Source: Tubiluchus corallicola (lineage: Eukaryota > Animalia > Priapulida). From it: DNA of 64,000 bases. The DNA lies in NCBI GenBank assembly GCA_030141605.1, contig JAQGDQ010000023.1, forward strand, positions 124,001 to 188,000, read 5' to 3'. Both the position numbers and the translations under genes were made by a program. The notes under the pieces are model-generated. The model was given only the letters and a program-made list of their open reading frames with translations, ran no database searches and was not told the DNA's origin. Positions 27,288 to 40,125 of this stretch are shown here, in pieces. The number at the start of each line of letters is the position of its first letter. Position 1 is the stretch's first letter.

Positions 27288-28903
27288 AAACTCGGTAAAC
27301 GAATGATAGCTAAACTCAGTAAACGAATAATAGCTAAACTCAGTAAACGAATGATAGTTAAACTCAGTAAACGAATGATAGTTAAACTCAGTAAACGAAT
27401 GATAGCTGAACTCAGTAAACGAATAATAGCTGAACTCAGTAAACGAATGATAGTTAAACTCAGTAAACGAATGATAGTTAAACTCAGTAAACGAATGATA
27501 GTTAAACTCAGTAAACGAATGATAGCTGAACTCAGTAAACGAATAATAGCTAAACTCAGTAAACGAATGATAGTTAAACTCAGTAAACGAATGATAGCTG
27601 AACTCAGTAAACGAATAATAGCTGAACTCAGTAAACGAATGATAGTTAAACTCAGTAAACGAATGATAGCTGAACTCAGTAAACGAATAATAGCTGAACT
27701 CAGTAAACGAATGATAGCTAAACTCAGTAAACGAATGATAGCTAAACTCAGTAAACGAATGATAGCTAAACTCAGTAAACGAATGTTAGTTAAACTCAGT
27801 AAACGAATGATAGCTAAACTCAGTAAACGAATGATAGCTAAACTCAGTAAACGAATGATAGCTAAACTCAGTAAACGAATAATAGCTAAACTCAGTAAAC
27901 GAATGATAGCTAAACTCAGTAAACGAATGATAGCTAAACTCAGTAAACGAATGATAGTTAAACTCAGTAAACGAATGATAGTTAAACTCAGTAAACGAAT
28001 GATAGTTAAACTCAGTAAACGAATGATAGTTAAACTCAGTAAACGAATGATAGTTAAACTCAGTAAACGAATGATAGCTAAACTCAGTAAACGAATGATA
28101 GCTAAACTCAGTAAACGAATAATAGCTAAACTCAGTAAACGAATGATAGCTAAACTCAGTAAACGAATGATAGTTAAACTCAGTAAACGAATGATAGTTA
28201 AACTCAGTAAACGAATAATAGTTAAACTCAGTAAACGAATGATAGCTAAACTCAGTAAACGAATAATAGCTAAACTCAGTAAACGAATGATAGCTAAACT
28301 CAGTAAACGAATAATAGCTAAACTCAGTAAACGAATGATAGTTAAACTCAGTAAACGAATGATAGCTAAACTCAGTAAACGAATAATAGCTAAACTCAGT
28401 AAACGAATGATAGTTAAACTCAGTAAACGAATGATAGTTAAACTCAGTAAACGAATAATAGCTAAACTCAGTAAACGAATGATAGTTAAAACCAGTAAAC
28501 GAATGATAGTTAAACTCAGTAAACGAATAATAGCTAAACTCAGTAAACGAATGATAGCTAAACTCAGTAAACGAATGATAGTTAAACTCAGTAAACGAAT
28601 GATAGTTAAACTCAGTAAACGAATAATAGCTAAACTCAGTAAACGAATGATAGCTAAACTCAGTAAACGAATAATAGCTAAACTCAGTAAACGAATGTTA
28701 GTTAAACTCAGTAAACGAATAATAGCTAAACTCAGTAAACGAATGATAGCTAAACTCAGTAAACGAATAATAGCTAAACTCAGTAAACGAATGATAGCTA
28801 AACTCAGTAAACGAATGATAGTTAAAACCAGTAAACGAATAATAGCTAAACTCAGTAAACGAATGATAGTTAAAACCAGTAAACGAATGATAGTTAAACT
28901 CAG
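27288..28903. repeat. 24 bp minisatellite, ~67 copies
   Basis: Unit AAACTCAGTAAACGAAT(G/A)ATAG(C/T)T repeated without spacers. Confidence 0.98.
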
Positions 28904-29186
28904 AGCTGCTTAATGAGTGCATTTTTATATTTTTATATGCCTTTTTTACAAATTACGTTGTTCAATGTTATATACTTTCATATCACATCTAGGCAACTGT
29001 TTTTACTCTTATTCTTTATCTTGATCAATTCTAAGTGTATTGCGCACAAGTGTATGTATGCATCTCCATTGTATGTAGTTAGCCATTTTCGGCTTTTCAC
29101 TATGTTTAAATACATCACTCAGTTTTCACTCAATTTAAAGAATCTGCTGTAAATGCCTCTGTTTTTTATTTACTGAAAGTGTTTTA

Positions 29187-29440
29187 ATTGTATTGTACTG
29201 CACTGCACTGTATTGTATTGTATTGTATTGTATTGTATTGTATTGTATTGTATTGCATTGCATTGCATTGCATTGCATTGCATTGCATTGCATTGCATTG
29301 CATTGCATTGCATTGCATTGCATTGCATTGCATTGTATTGTATTATTGCATTATATTGTATTGTGTTGTGCTGTATTGTATTGCATTGCATTGCATTGTA
29401 TTGTATTGTACTTTACTGTTGCGTAGTGTATTGTGTTGCA
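29187..29440. repeat. Pentanucleotide tract (TATTG)n/(CATTG)n
   Basis: Directly visible. Confidence 0.95.
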
Positions 29441-29917
29441 CTTACATCTCCATTGTATGTAACCGTCCTGCTGCTACCTTGGTCGTTCTTGACGTGATGT
29501 TTTTTCGCAGCTGCTTGCCAACGCGAAAACTTTTTAAAAGTGTCAATAAACGATTTTCTAACGCGAAAATACAACACCTAGTGGTCGTGTTGAATAGAAA
29601 AGGGTAAACATTTTCATCCATTATGCATGAGTTTAGAATAATATTCAATTTACGGGATTGATAGGATACTGTAGAAGCTGATTTATGCGACACTTAGCAC
29701 TCGCCTAATTTGGTTCTTGTAAGCAGCGCACCCTGATTTATGAGTGAGAAATTTCACGATCCCAAATTTATCAGCCAGAAATATGGTTTATGGGGTACTA
29801 CCCTAATACTTCCTAAGCAACTTTAGTCAAATAAGGTTAGTAGAGGTGGACTAGTGTTATAGAAAGTTATTACTATTCTATTCAAGCAGAAGCACTCACA
29901 AAAGTGAGTAGTGGGAT

Positions 29918-30353
<436 letters not shown>

Positions 30354-31889
30354 AGTGGGATCAGAATAAGTAATCGACGACTCACAGACTAAATATTCAG
30401 TTTTTAATGAATGTGTCACTACCAGAAAAAACTGTGAAATTGTTCCATAATTGCCATCCATTAATGTGCCATCTGTGACCTTCAAGTGATTCTAAATACA
30501 GGGGCGGAGGTGACAGAGACACCGTCAGTAGTACGGGTAGTGGTAGCAGCAGCAGTGGCGGCGGTGGCAGCTGCAGCAGTAGTAGTAATAGTAGTTATAT
30601 ATTTCTCGTAAAGTTACTTTTTGGATATCACTGTAGTGTAGAATCATTAACACACTCTCCACAATCATCTATGTTGATTGTTGGCTTTTCTTCGGAAATA
30701 TATAGCCTAACAGATCAGCCTGTATTTTATGCAGCATGACGATAGTTATCATGAGCTACCACAATGATTATAAATGAACGAATGATTTGTGTAAGCTGGA
30801 AATTTTTCACAGCTAACATTATAAATTCTCGGCCAGACTACTCTAGCTACGATTAGTTCCCAGACACGTTAGCAAAGTGTTTCATATTCCATAAATCTGC
30901 CTTGCAATTACTGCTGTCCGGCTAAATACTATCATTAAAAAAAGAGAGTAATAGACTATCGCATGTCTATAAACCCGGTGATTCTAGATATCTGAAAGTG
31001 AACAGGTCATGTCCTGGACTGGACCAGCGATGTTGCGTTTCTTGGTATGCACATCAACTTAAATTCGATTAAATCAGTTGCAAAGGTGCAATAAATACCT
31101 TTAATAAATGGAAATTAAAGTTCATGTAAAAATTGAACCACGAGTCAAACTTCTACTTCTGCGCAAAGCATACAGTACCTGTAGTTAGGTAAACATGATA
31201 TTGCTGTATTTTTGTAATTTTAATAGTCATATACTAATTGAAATAGTCATTTCAATAACAAGCATTGTGTAATTTTAATAGTCTATCATATTTACTTTTT
31301 ACTAGTGTGATAATGCAATTTTTATAACGATTTTTCTTGTGCTTTAGATTTTAGGTAATTTTCTTTTATTTTTGTACAGCCCCATTAACAGTATTTCAAT
31401 ATTGTGATGAGTGCTTATCAATAATAATGTGTAACTGTAACATTGTAACTGTTGCATGGTATACGGTAGTTTTTTGTGCATTCTGTGCCATTACTATAAT
31501 ATAAACTTGCAGTAGAAATTTTTTGCTTTGATTGTACTGTATTTTACTGCATTTATATGCACTAAGATATAATAAAACATCTTGTATTCCTGTAACATAT
31601 CATTGCCCATACCCGGCACGTCCTGTCCCTCTAAATGAAAAAAATTTATGGTAACTTCGGTGAATTATTTACGTTATTAGTTGTGTTGTTTGATCAGTAT
31701 TAAATTTATACTTGGCTGGGCAGATTTGACATTTCTGTAAATACGCTAAGGAATTGATAATCTGGGGAGGCAAACACGTATAAATTTTCAAAAGTCACAA
31801 ACTTATGCTGCGCATCTCGCATGAAATACTTCGACGTTTCTACTGTCTGAGACTCTTGGTGAATCGTGAAGTTCAAATGATCGCCACAT

Positions 31890-32044
<155 letters not shown>

Positions 32045-32109
32045 TTTTATCACAGTCCCGACAAATAGGCGCGGTACCGTGATAAGCATGATCATGAAGT
32101 GCAGTATTC

Positions 32110-32250
32110 ATCTGTGACGTCGTGTGACGTAGACCCCATTTTCGTGACATCACGTCAGAGTCTTATAGTTATCTTCGCACACGCAAACGTTGACGTACAA
32201 AGAAGATGCCTACCATAGCACAATTTGTGGTTTGTTTGTGACGTAAGCGA
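32110..32250. promoter_or_regulatory. Cluster of CRE/ATF-like TGACGT motifs
   Basis: TGACGT at 32115, 32125, 32191, 32239 and in reverse at ~32152; function is inference. Confidence 0.3.
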
Positions 32251-32409
32251 TAGCTGCGTTCGGTTGCCGTCAATTAACTTTCCAAGCTGATTATTCAAAT
32301 ATAAGAAACAACTGCTAACTTTTTTAGACAAGAAAATGCATATCTCGGACAGTAAATTAAAATTAGAATGAGCCTAATCTATCGTACAGTTTTCCTTTAA
32401 GTGTTCCTG

Positions 32410-32560
32410 TTTATGATAATGACAATTCATTAGTAGAACTGCAAAACATTAAAGCTTGGTGAACGGAAATAAAATGTCTCAACATTTCTAAGACGAAAGA
32501 AATGGTGTTTGATTTTAGAAAATCTGCAACTTCTCCTAAAGAATCAGTTGGAGTAAAGAG
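32410..32560 (+). mobile_element. Short CR1-type LINE RT fragment
   Basis: ELQNIKAW* ... LNISKTKEMVFDFRK motif. Confidence 0.55.
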
Positions 32561-33153
32561 ACTACCGCATTTAAATCTACATGGAGTAACATTATTTACT
32601 AAAAATTACTTTGTCTTATACACATTTTAGTATCCAAAGATCTGTCTTGATTAAAGTTTTTATTGATCTATTGTAAGTTTATTAGTAGATGTATTTTAAA
32701 CTGAAATATTGTAGGTCACTTTGTTTAAATATTAGGCTTTTTCTTTTTACACTATTGTAAATTAAGGAAGGAGAATGGTAACTTTTTCTTAAGGAAAATA
32801 AGATGACGTCAAACTAAAATTTTTGTCAGCTCAAAGGACTCAGAGATTCTTCACATTGTATGTAATTTGTACTAAAATATTTTAGCACCAGTATGTAATT
32901 ATGATGTAACTATGACTAACATATGTTGTATAAATTTAATACTGTATATATATGTGTGTGTGTGTGTGTAATTACGTGTGTATCTTTTACCTTTTGTATA
33001 TATGTAATGTTTGTTGTGTTGTGCGGGTCTTTACATCAAAGTTTGGTGTTCTGTCTTTGGTTTAAGCTTATGTACTTAACTCACATCATTGTGTTGTTAT
33101 TAATGTAGTAACAATTTTAATTTTTTTAGATATATATGTATTTATATTTTTGT

Positions 33154-33440
33154 ATTATTGTATTGTATTGTGTTGTATTGCATTGCAGTGCATTGTATTG
33201 TACTGTACTGCACTGCACTGCACTGCACTGTACTGTACTGTACTGTACTGTACTGTACTGTACTGTACTGTACTGTACTGTACTGTACTGTACTGTACTG
33301 TACTGTACTGTACTGTACTGTACTGTACTGTACTGTACTGCACTGCACTGCACTGCACTGTACTGTACTGTACTGTACTGTACTGTACTGTACTGTACTG
33401 TACTGTATTGTATTGTATCGTACTGTATTGTGTTGTATTG
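33154..33440. repeat. Pentanucleotide tract (TACTG)n/(CACTG)n/(TATTG)n
   Basis: Directly visible. Confidence 0.95.
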
Positions 33441-33692
33441 GGTGCATAGTGTTCATCCAATAAATATAAAATATTGCCTATTACACTACACCGTCTGGTC
33501 ATTTTCCTCAGGAAATGTATAAGCATGTGAACGTGTTTAAATTCGTTATCTCATCTTAAAAGATCATCCACAGTAATTGACAAGATACCAGTCTTGCTAC
33601 AATCAACAAAACAAGTAAAATTTGCTTTTCAGCAAGCAGGTTTATGTAAAACATCTTCATGTAATTTGATTTATCACGTAATCTTTGTTGTA

Positions 33693-34873
33693 AGCTTAAG
33701 TGGGAAACGGTGATAATCTGGGATAAGCCCAGTTGAAAAAGCTTATCTCAGAAAAAGTTTAACCATGAAAATTTTTCGTGACAATCACTCAACATTTTAG
33801 CGAGGTATTGCGGGGAAAACATGGTCAGGGGTCAAAACGTGATTTTGATATCCAACTCTAGTTTTTATTACTTAATTAGTGCATACTTGCTGATGATGGA
33901 GTTTGTGGCTTTGTACCTTTTTAGTTTTTACTCTGTAAAAATATTAATGGGTCCAGCTCATCACAAGATATTTTCTAATTACTCAGAAATAATGAGAAGA
34001 AAATGGGTAAAATATCAGAGATGCAGAATTTTCAATTTGCACCTGGTTTTGTCGTTACACGTGTATGAGAAGCGTGTGTGATTATATAAAGCTATTTATT
34101 AAGTCGTAAAGTTGTGTACCAGCAAAATGAGGTCTACTATACTTGCACGATGTCATAAACTGCATCAGCTATAGAAATAGACATGTACTAGTAACAACTT
34201 CACCATGATAACTGGTATCATATTAACAACACAAATCAACAACAATACGCCTTCAGCAAACAGTATCAGTGGAGGCAAGCAGTTCCACACAATCCAGTTA
34301 CTACCAGCATAATAATCATCAGTCACAGCCCCGTAATTAGCACAGTTGCCGTAATTAGTACATTCCCTTCAGCACCAACTGCAACAGGGTAAAAATGACG
34401 CCAATAATCCCTTGCTTCCCTAACAACAAAAATAATTCAATGACTCGTTTTAAAATTAAAAGCATTGTCCGAGCTCTGCAATCAGATAATGGGTACATTT
34501 TTGTTTGTAGATACAATCATAGATGTATTTTAGGTATTTTTGAATGTACGAAACAAATTTTAAATAATAAAAAACTTTGTTTAACTACCAGGTACATCTT
34601 GTCAATGAATAATCAAAATATTTAATAGCAAATTAAAATTCTTATCTTAGATAATAGATAATACGTTTTTTCTGCATTATAATTACAGCGATGCACCATA
34701 TTTCTAGGATAAGGAATCTTTTCAAGTTAAGAACAGTGATTATCAATGTTTATCAGCATTTCCACACTTGGCCACTTAAGCTTACAGGCCTAAACATAAG
34801 CAGGATGTTTTCTAGGATAAGAAATTTCTTCAAGAGTGACTATACAGGTTTATCACTGTTTCCCACTTAAGCT
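33693..34873. mobile_element. ~1.2 kb DNA-transposon derivative bounded by ~25-30 bp inverted repeats
   Basis: AGCTTAAGTGGGAAACGGTGATAA at left, TTATCACTGTTTCCCACTTAAGCT at right (one mismatch), TA on both flanks; superfamily unassigned. Confidence 0.65.
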
Positions 34874-37800
34874 TAAAACAATATCTTATCTCAATGATTT
34901 GATTTTATTAGTTTTTATTTCTACAGCCACATAGACCAATATTAGTGATTGTAGGTACGTATGTATGAACAACGCACTGTAGAACTGATAGGCGTATCAT
35001 GTTGCAATAATTGCGATAAATGGCAACTTGACACAGATTTCCCAAATCTTATGGAAAATCGTTGGAGCTTTCAAATATCTTTATTTATTTAATGGCAAAT
35101 CGTCGTTGATAAGGAATGCCAGACACGATGACTGCTACCAATCTACGCAGGCGAAGTTTGGACAGTAGCCACTTTCAGCTGTCCAGCTATAACCTTGAGT
35201 GGCACTACTGTTTGCTATAATGCTCTTCCGTATAGTCTTCTGAAGATCGTATTATCCATTGATGAAGCCCATGTAAATATAGGTCGTAGAGAAATATAGT
35301 TTGTTACATCTGATAGGCTACAGAGCGCGAAAACATGCATAATTTTCATAAAAAAGAATTCAAAATGAGCACTTTCAAAATGGAAGCAATAGGAAAATAA
35401 AATTGCATCCAAAAAACTTTAGCAACGCCACTTTCAATTTCCAAAAGCGTTTTTATCTAGACTGGTCTCCGAGCGTGACGTGAATATTCAGTTGATATAA
35501 CGAAGTTCACAACATACATCTGCCCCTTTCTTTCTTCTGTGCAAGACGACAAAACTGCGCTCTATTTGCTTGTGTAACTATAACTTTTTAGTACGTTTAT
35601 TTTTCTGCGTTTGCTAGTATTAATATGCCCGTCGTTCTTAATGTTAACCACCACCAACAATAATTGTAATTATAAACCTATGTAAATTTTTTTCATAAAA
35701 GTACAATAAATTTATGTATTTATATTTTATATTTACAGCACAAAGAGTTATGTCTAATACTCGAAGTATTACAACTACTAATTTTGACAGTGGAACACTT
35801 TCACAAACGAAGAATCTACAGATCTAAAGATGATGTGTCTCCAGGGGTTGCAAACGACTCAAGATTCATCAGAAACTTCACGCTGAACGCGGCAATTCCA
35901 GCGTGTGATTTCAATAATAATGTCAATTTCAGATTGTTCAGTTAATATTGCGTGATTTGAAGAGAAACGCTTTGGGTGATAATTTCAATTATAACGAGTG
36001 CTTTCATTAAAATAATAACCCAGGATTTTCAATAACGTAAAAGTAATAGGTAATTATAGTCGGACAGCCACCTAAAATAAATTCCTTACTTCCTTAGGAA
36101 CTGAATCAGATGCTTATGCATAGTCATGTAATTTTATGCTATCTGAGCTAAGTTTGATTTTTCGTCATTTTTGTGAATAATAGCACGCTAATTTTACAAT
36201 CACAAAACCGTGTTGCACGTCGCCATAAAGTATCACTTTCAAATGTTAAGCAAAAAGCATGGTGTTTCGCAAGTGTTTTCCGATTGTAACATTTTCATTG
36301 TATCGAGTAATAATTAGAAAATTCTGAAAATACTCTTTAGGTTTGTGGAACGATGATAATGATGGTGACATGGATGAAGATAATAATAGTGATTATGGTA
36401 ATGAAAAAATGGTGATAATGGTGATGATGATGACGCCGACGAGACTCAAAGCTACTTGTAGGCATGATGATGCATTTAACGCGTTTTCTCCGTCTGTAGG
36501 CAAATTTCAAACAGTATTAAACTTTGAAAATAGTTATAAGCCTTTAAGTAAAAAACGGTGCCAATCTTAAATTGTAAGTCAAAATAATCTACTCTTTAAA
36601 ATATTGAAAGGAGACATACCATTTGTTCCAGAATGCCTTACGTGAAAGAATTATTACCACGCAAACGCAATTTCGCGTTTGCGCCACCAGCTCTTCGCTG
36701 CTACGTGCATTTCGCCATTCTCTAGCTAGATGGGCGCTAGCGCCTACATTTCGAAAATGCGTTACACAAAAACAGGTGCTGTACATCTCAGTTCAAATAT
36801 GTTCGTTTCTGATGTACTGCACATCTTCGACAGCTCATGCGTGAGCATAACGGTAACTTTGAAATTTAAATTCATCTTAAAGCTTGCCGAGTTTTTTTAC
36901 AACCCACTGATCTCTTACAGTAGTACTGTACTTCAATTTTCTCTTTCACAAACACATGCAACACGCTCGTTGAATATTTTTGCTGTTGAAAATTATGTTT
37001 TTTGTGATGTCATCAATAGTTGGGTTCGCCCGCCGTCAATTAAGATTTTAATCTATTATTTAACTATTAGAAACACAAACACAAAACACATAAATAAAAT
37101 TAGCCATTATGTAGACATATCTATACACATTGCAAACACATTTATACATACATACATACATACATACATACATACATACATACATACAGAAGCTTTTGTA
37201 TAAAGATGTAAAGGCATAATTACACATGAAAGTACGTATGTTTAGGGCTTGCTTAAGATATTCATATAAAAATGGAAAGTATTTTACGCTTAAAACATCA
37301 TTAATTGCAACATAGTTACCGCCGCAGCTCCATAGTATCATCTAGTGGAGTTAATTGTAATTTAACAAACAAAGCAATACAAACAAAATAATATTCTAGC
37401 ATAATTATAAGCAGTCTGTGTTCAGTCCTTGTCAAATATGCTCGAATGCTGAAAACCGTTTATGGCGTTTTATAATTTAATAGCGGTTATTTAACAATCT
37501 AATCGTCGCTTCACTCTGCTGCTACGTATACAAACGGAGTAATTACATTTTCTGAAAAACCGTTTATGGCGTTATATAATTTAACAGAAATTATTTCTTT
37601 CTTGATCATCGTACTGCATTGTTATTTTAATATTTTAACAATCTAATCGTCTCTTCAGTCTGTCTGAGTAAACTAGCATCCGAACCCAAAATCCTAATTT
37701 TGCAAATGTTCGAGAAAAGTTTCCAAGTTCACGTAAACAAATTATATTCTAGATCTGAAGGCTTGCGTTCAATTTTTAGTTACTTGCTTGCGAAGTAACA

Positions 37801-38249
37801 TGTAAACAGGTCTGTTTCGCCGTGATGTTGTTGCTGCTCTCGTTCGTCATCAGGTAATATGTTATTGAAAAAGGATGGTAGCTACACTTGTAGAGCGACT
37901 AGTCGGCTAAAATTTGGCACAAGGATGATAACATATTACACCTCGAAGCCGACGCGAATCGGGACAAAACTGGTTAAGCGACAAAAAACACAGTTTCATA
38001 AAAAACTTGATGCTGCATATAGAAATTTCGCAAAATGTGGCACAAACTGCTCTAATGTGCGTGTGTGCAACGATTAAGTAACCAAATCCTTCGCATTCTT
38101 GACTAGCTATCGAAATTAAAGCCATATTAGAGCCACTGACTGAAATAGATAATCGGTTACCGCTACAATGGAAACTCGAAAACTAACAACATTGGCTTTA
38201 TTACTAAAAATTAATCTTGTTTATTTAACTTTTAGTAGGTCTAAATTAG

Positions 38250-38870
38250 TGCACCAAAGCGACTCATTTTTGCAATGGAATAACATACTTTCCTGAGAGC
38301 TGGACCACCTGATTCCAAATGTAATTGTCCTGAAGGTTAGCTGACCTTTCTTCATCTCTGAATTTGCAACTTTAAGAACGCATGACTTTTTTACCGCGTC
38401 ATTGTTTGAGGTTATCTTTTGTAATTAACTGAAATTTGAAGTTGATTGTCTACGTCAACGGTAAATGTGAAATGTGAATTTAGACTTTGAAAATTCAAAA
38501 CATGGATCTGGAAACTCGTTAAGTTAGACAATTTCTTTGTGAAATTTCACCTTTTTCCCCTAGTGTAGAGTGTAGACTGCCGGGATTCGCATATTTCCTA
38601 CAGGTAGGTTTTAATGACGATTCTGATGACAAAAAATGGTCTTAGAAAAATCGACACAAACGTGGAAGGCATAATAACACGGAAGCAAAAAACTGGAACG
38701 TGCAGGCTAACAAAAAGCAATTGAAGAGATGATGTTTCAATGTACCAAATAACTTTAGTGCTAAGACAGCAAAGAAAATCAGTCTGCTCTATACCTATTT
38801 GAGATATTTGGTACAGATATTCACTTATATTATACATACTGTCCATGCACTGCCATGAAAGATTCACACA
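38250..38870 (-). mobile_element. Possible heavily decayed piggyBac-like transposase remnant
   Basis: Fragments VPNISNRYRA..FSLL...YLVH and EMKKGQLTFRTITFGIRW loosely match piggyBac PNKPNRYGIK and KLKKGE..FR.....RW motifs in the expected order. Confidence 0.3.
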
Positions 38871-39319
38871 TACCTCTAATTTTAAGCAAGTCTTACCCTA
38901 TAATTAGACAGCTGATAGTGGCTTTTTCACTACACTGATGTTTTCCTCAATCCTTCTCACACTAGTACAATATCCAGCTTTCCTTTGCAACACGTACACA
39001 AGCAGCTATTAGGTTGCGCGGTTGTTAGGAAGCCTAACTTCTCTGGTTGGCTAATTACGTATGACGTCACTGAGCCTTGAGTACACTGTGCAACATAAAC
39101 TGATAAAGGTGAAGGAATGCAGGGTTTAGTTAATGCACGTGTTTCATTTATTTCAGAAAGATTGTAAAAATAATGATGATAGTTTTATATTCTTGCTAAC
39201 TGGGTGCCCATAGATTTTATAACTTGATCTTTAGAATTGATAACCGTTTGAAAGCCTACTTCACTATTGAAATTGTACGAACTGATTCATATCTGATCGA
39301 TGTTAACCCATCTAATAAC

Positions 39320-39540
39320 TGTCTCACTTTTAGCATCAATTCTACCCGGCGTCACGGATACAAATTGTTTCTGCCGCGTTGTTGTAAAATTGTAAGACAA
39401 AATAATTTGTTCGTACGTGCAATATCGTTGTGGAACGCACTACCAGAAGAATCTGTTCAGTCAAATTCACTTAAAGCTTTCAAATCTGCCTTAGACAGAT
39501 ATAATTTTAATGACAAATTGAAAATATTTCGTTAACTTGT
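39320..39540 (+). mobile_element. CR1-type LINE 3' end fragment
   Basis: TRRHGYKLF...RQNNLFVRAISLWNALPEESVQSNSLKAFKSALD. Confidence 0.8.
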
Positions 39541-39906
39541 GTATTTTTTTCAGTTAATTTGTGGCGTACTTTAGTTTTGTTTCGTGTGTGTTTTCTACTA
39601 TAACTATTTTATTTTTTTACTGCAATTCACTCTTATGCGGATTGTAATCATATGTAAAGCTCTATTTTAATTAACTAATATTTTTAATTTTAGTGTAGTT
39701 GTGTGAATACTAACTAAAGTCACAAAAAAACGCGCTGGCTGTCAAATGTGCAAATAAATTTAATAACGCTAAACTGTAAAGTGTCTTTTCCTTTGAAACT
39801 TCTAAATATATTTTACAATTGTCAGCACTTTCAAACCTAGAACGAATTTTAGCTGTAGTCAGTACTGGTGTTTCTAACTGGACAGTTGAAGAACTATAAA
39901 AAATGT

Positions 39907-39926
39907 TTTATTACCAGAAATTTATT
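39907..39926 (-). terminator. Candidate polyadenylation signals of the giant gene
   Basis: Two AATAAA on the minus strand (39907-39912, 39921-39926) ~200 nt past the stop; weak in AT-rich DNA. Confidence 0.4.
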
Positions 39927-40125
39927 ATTTTCAATAGCTATACAAATTATTTCATTTTTCACTGTACATGACACGAAACGATCCTAATATGAAAGATGAT
40001 ATGATATCTAATAAATTATCGTTGCTTAAAATAAATAATATAATTTGGACTTTATAAGTCTACATAATTTTGAATATTAAGTGAACTCGCAGCTTTCACA
40101 TAGTTGTTTCATAAGCACAAAAAAG

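Noticed and set aside
27270-28913. 547-aa ORF or CRISPR-like array
   Set aside because: Pure 24 bp tandem repeat with no spacers; the frame is open because the unit is a stop-free multiple of 3
37449-37665. Short local duplications (also 18985-19083 and 18408-18447)
   Set aside because: Ordinary small duplications with no further structure
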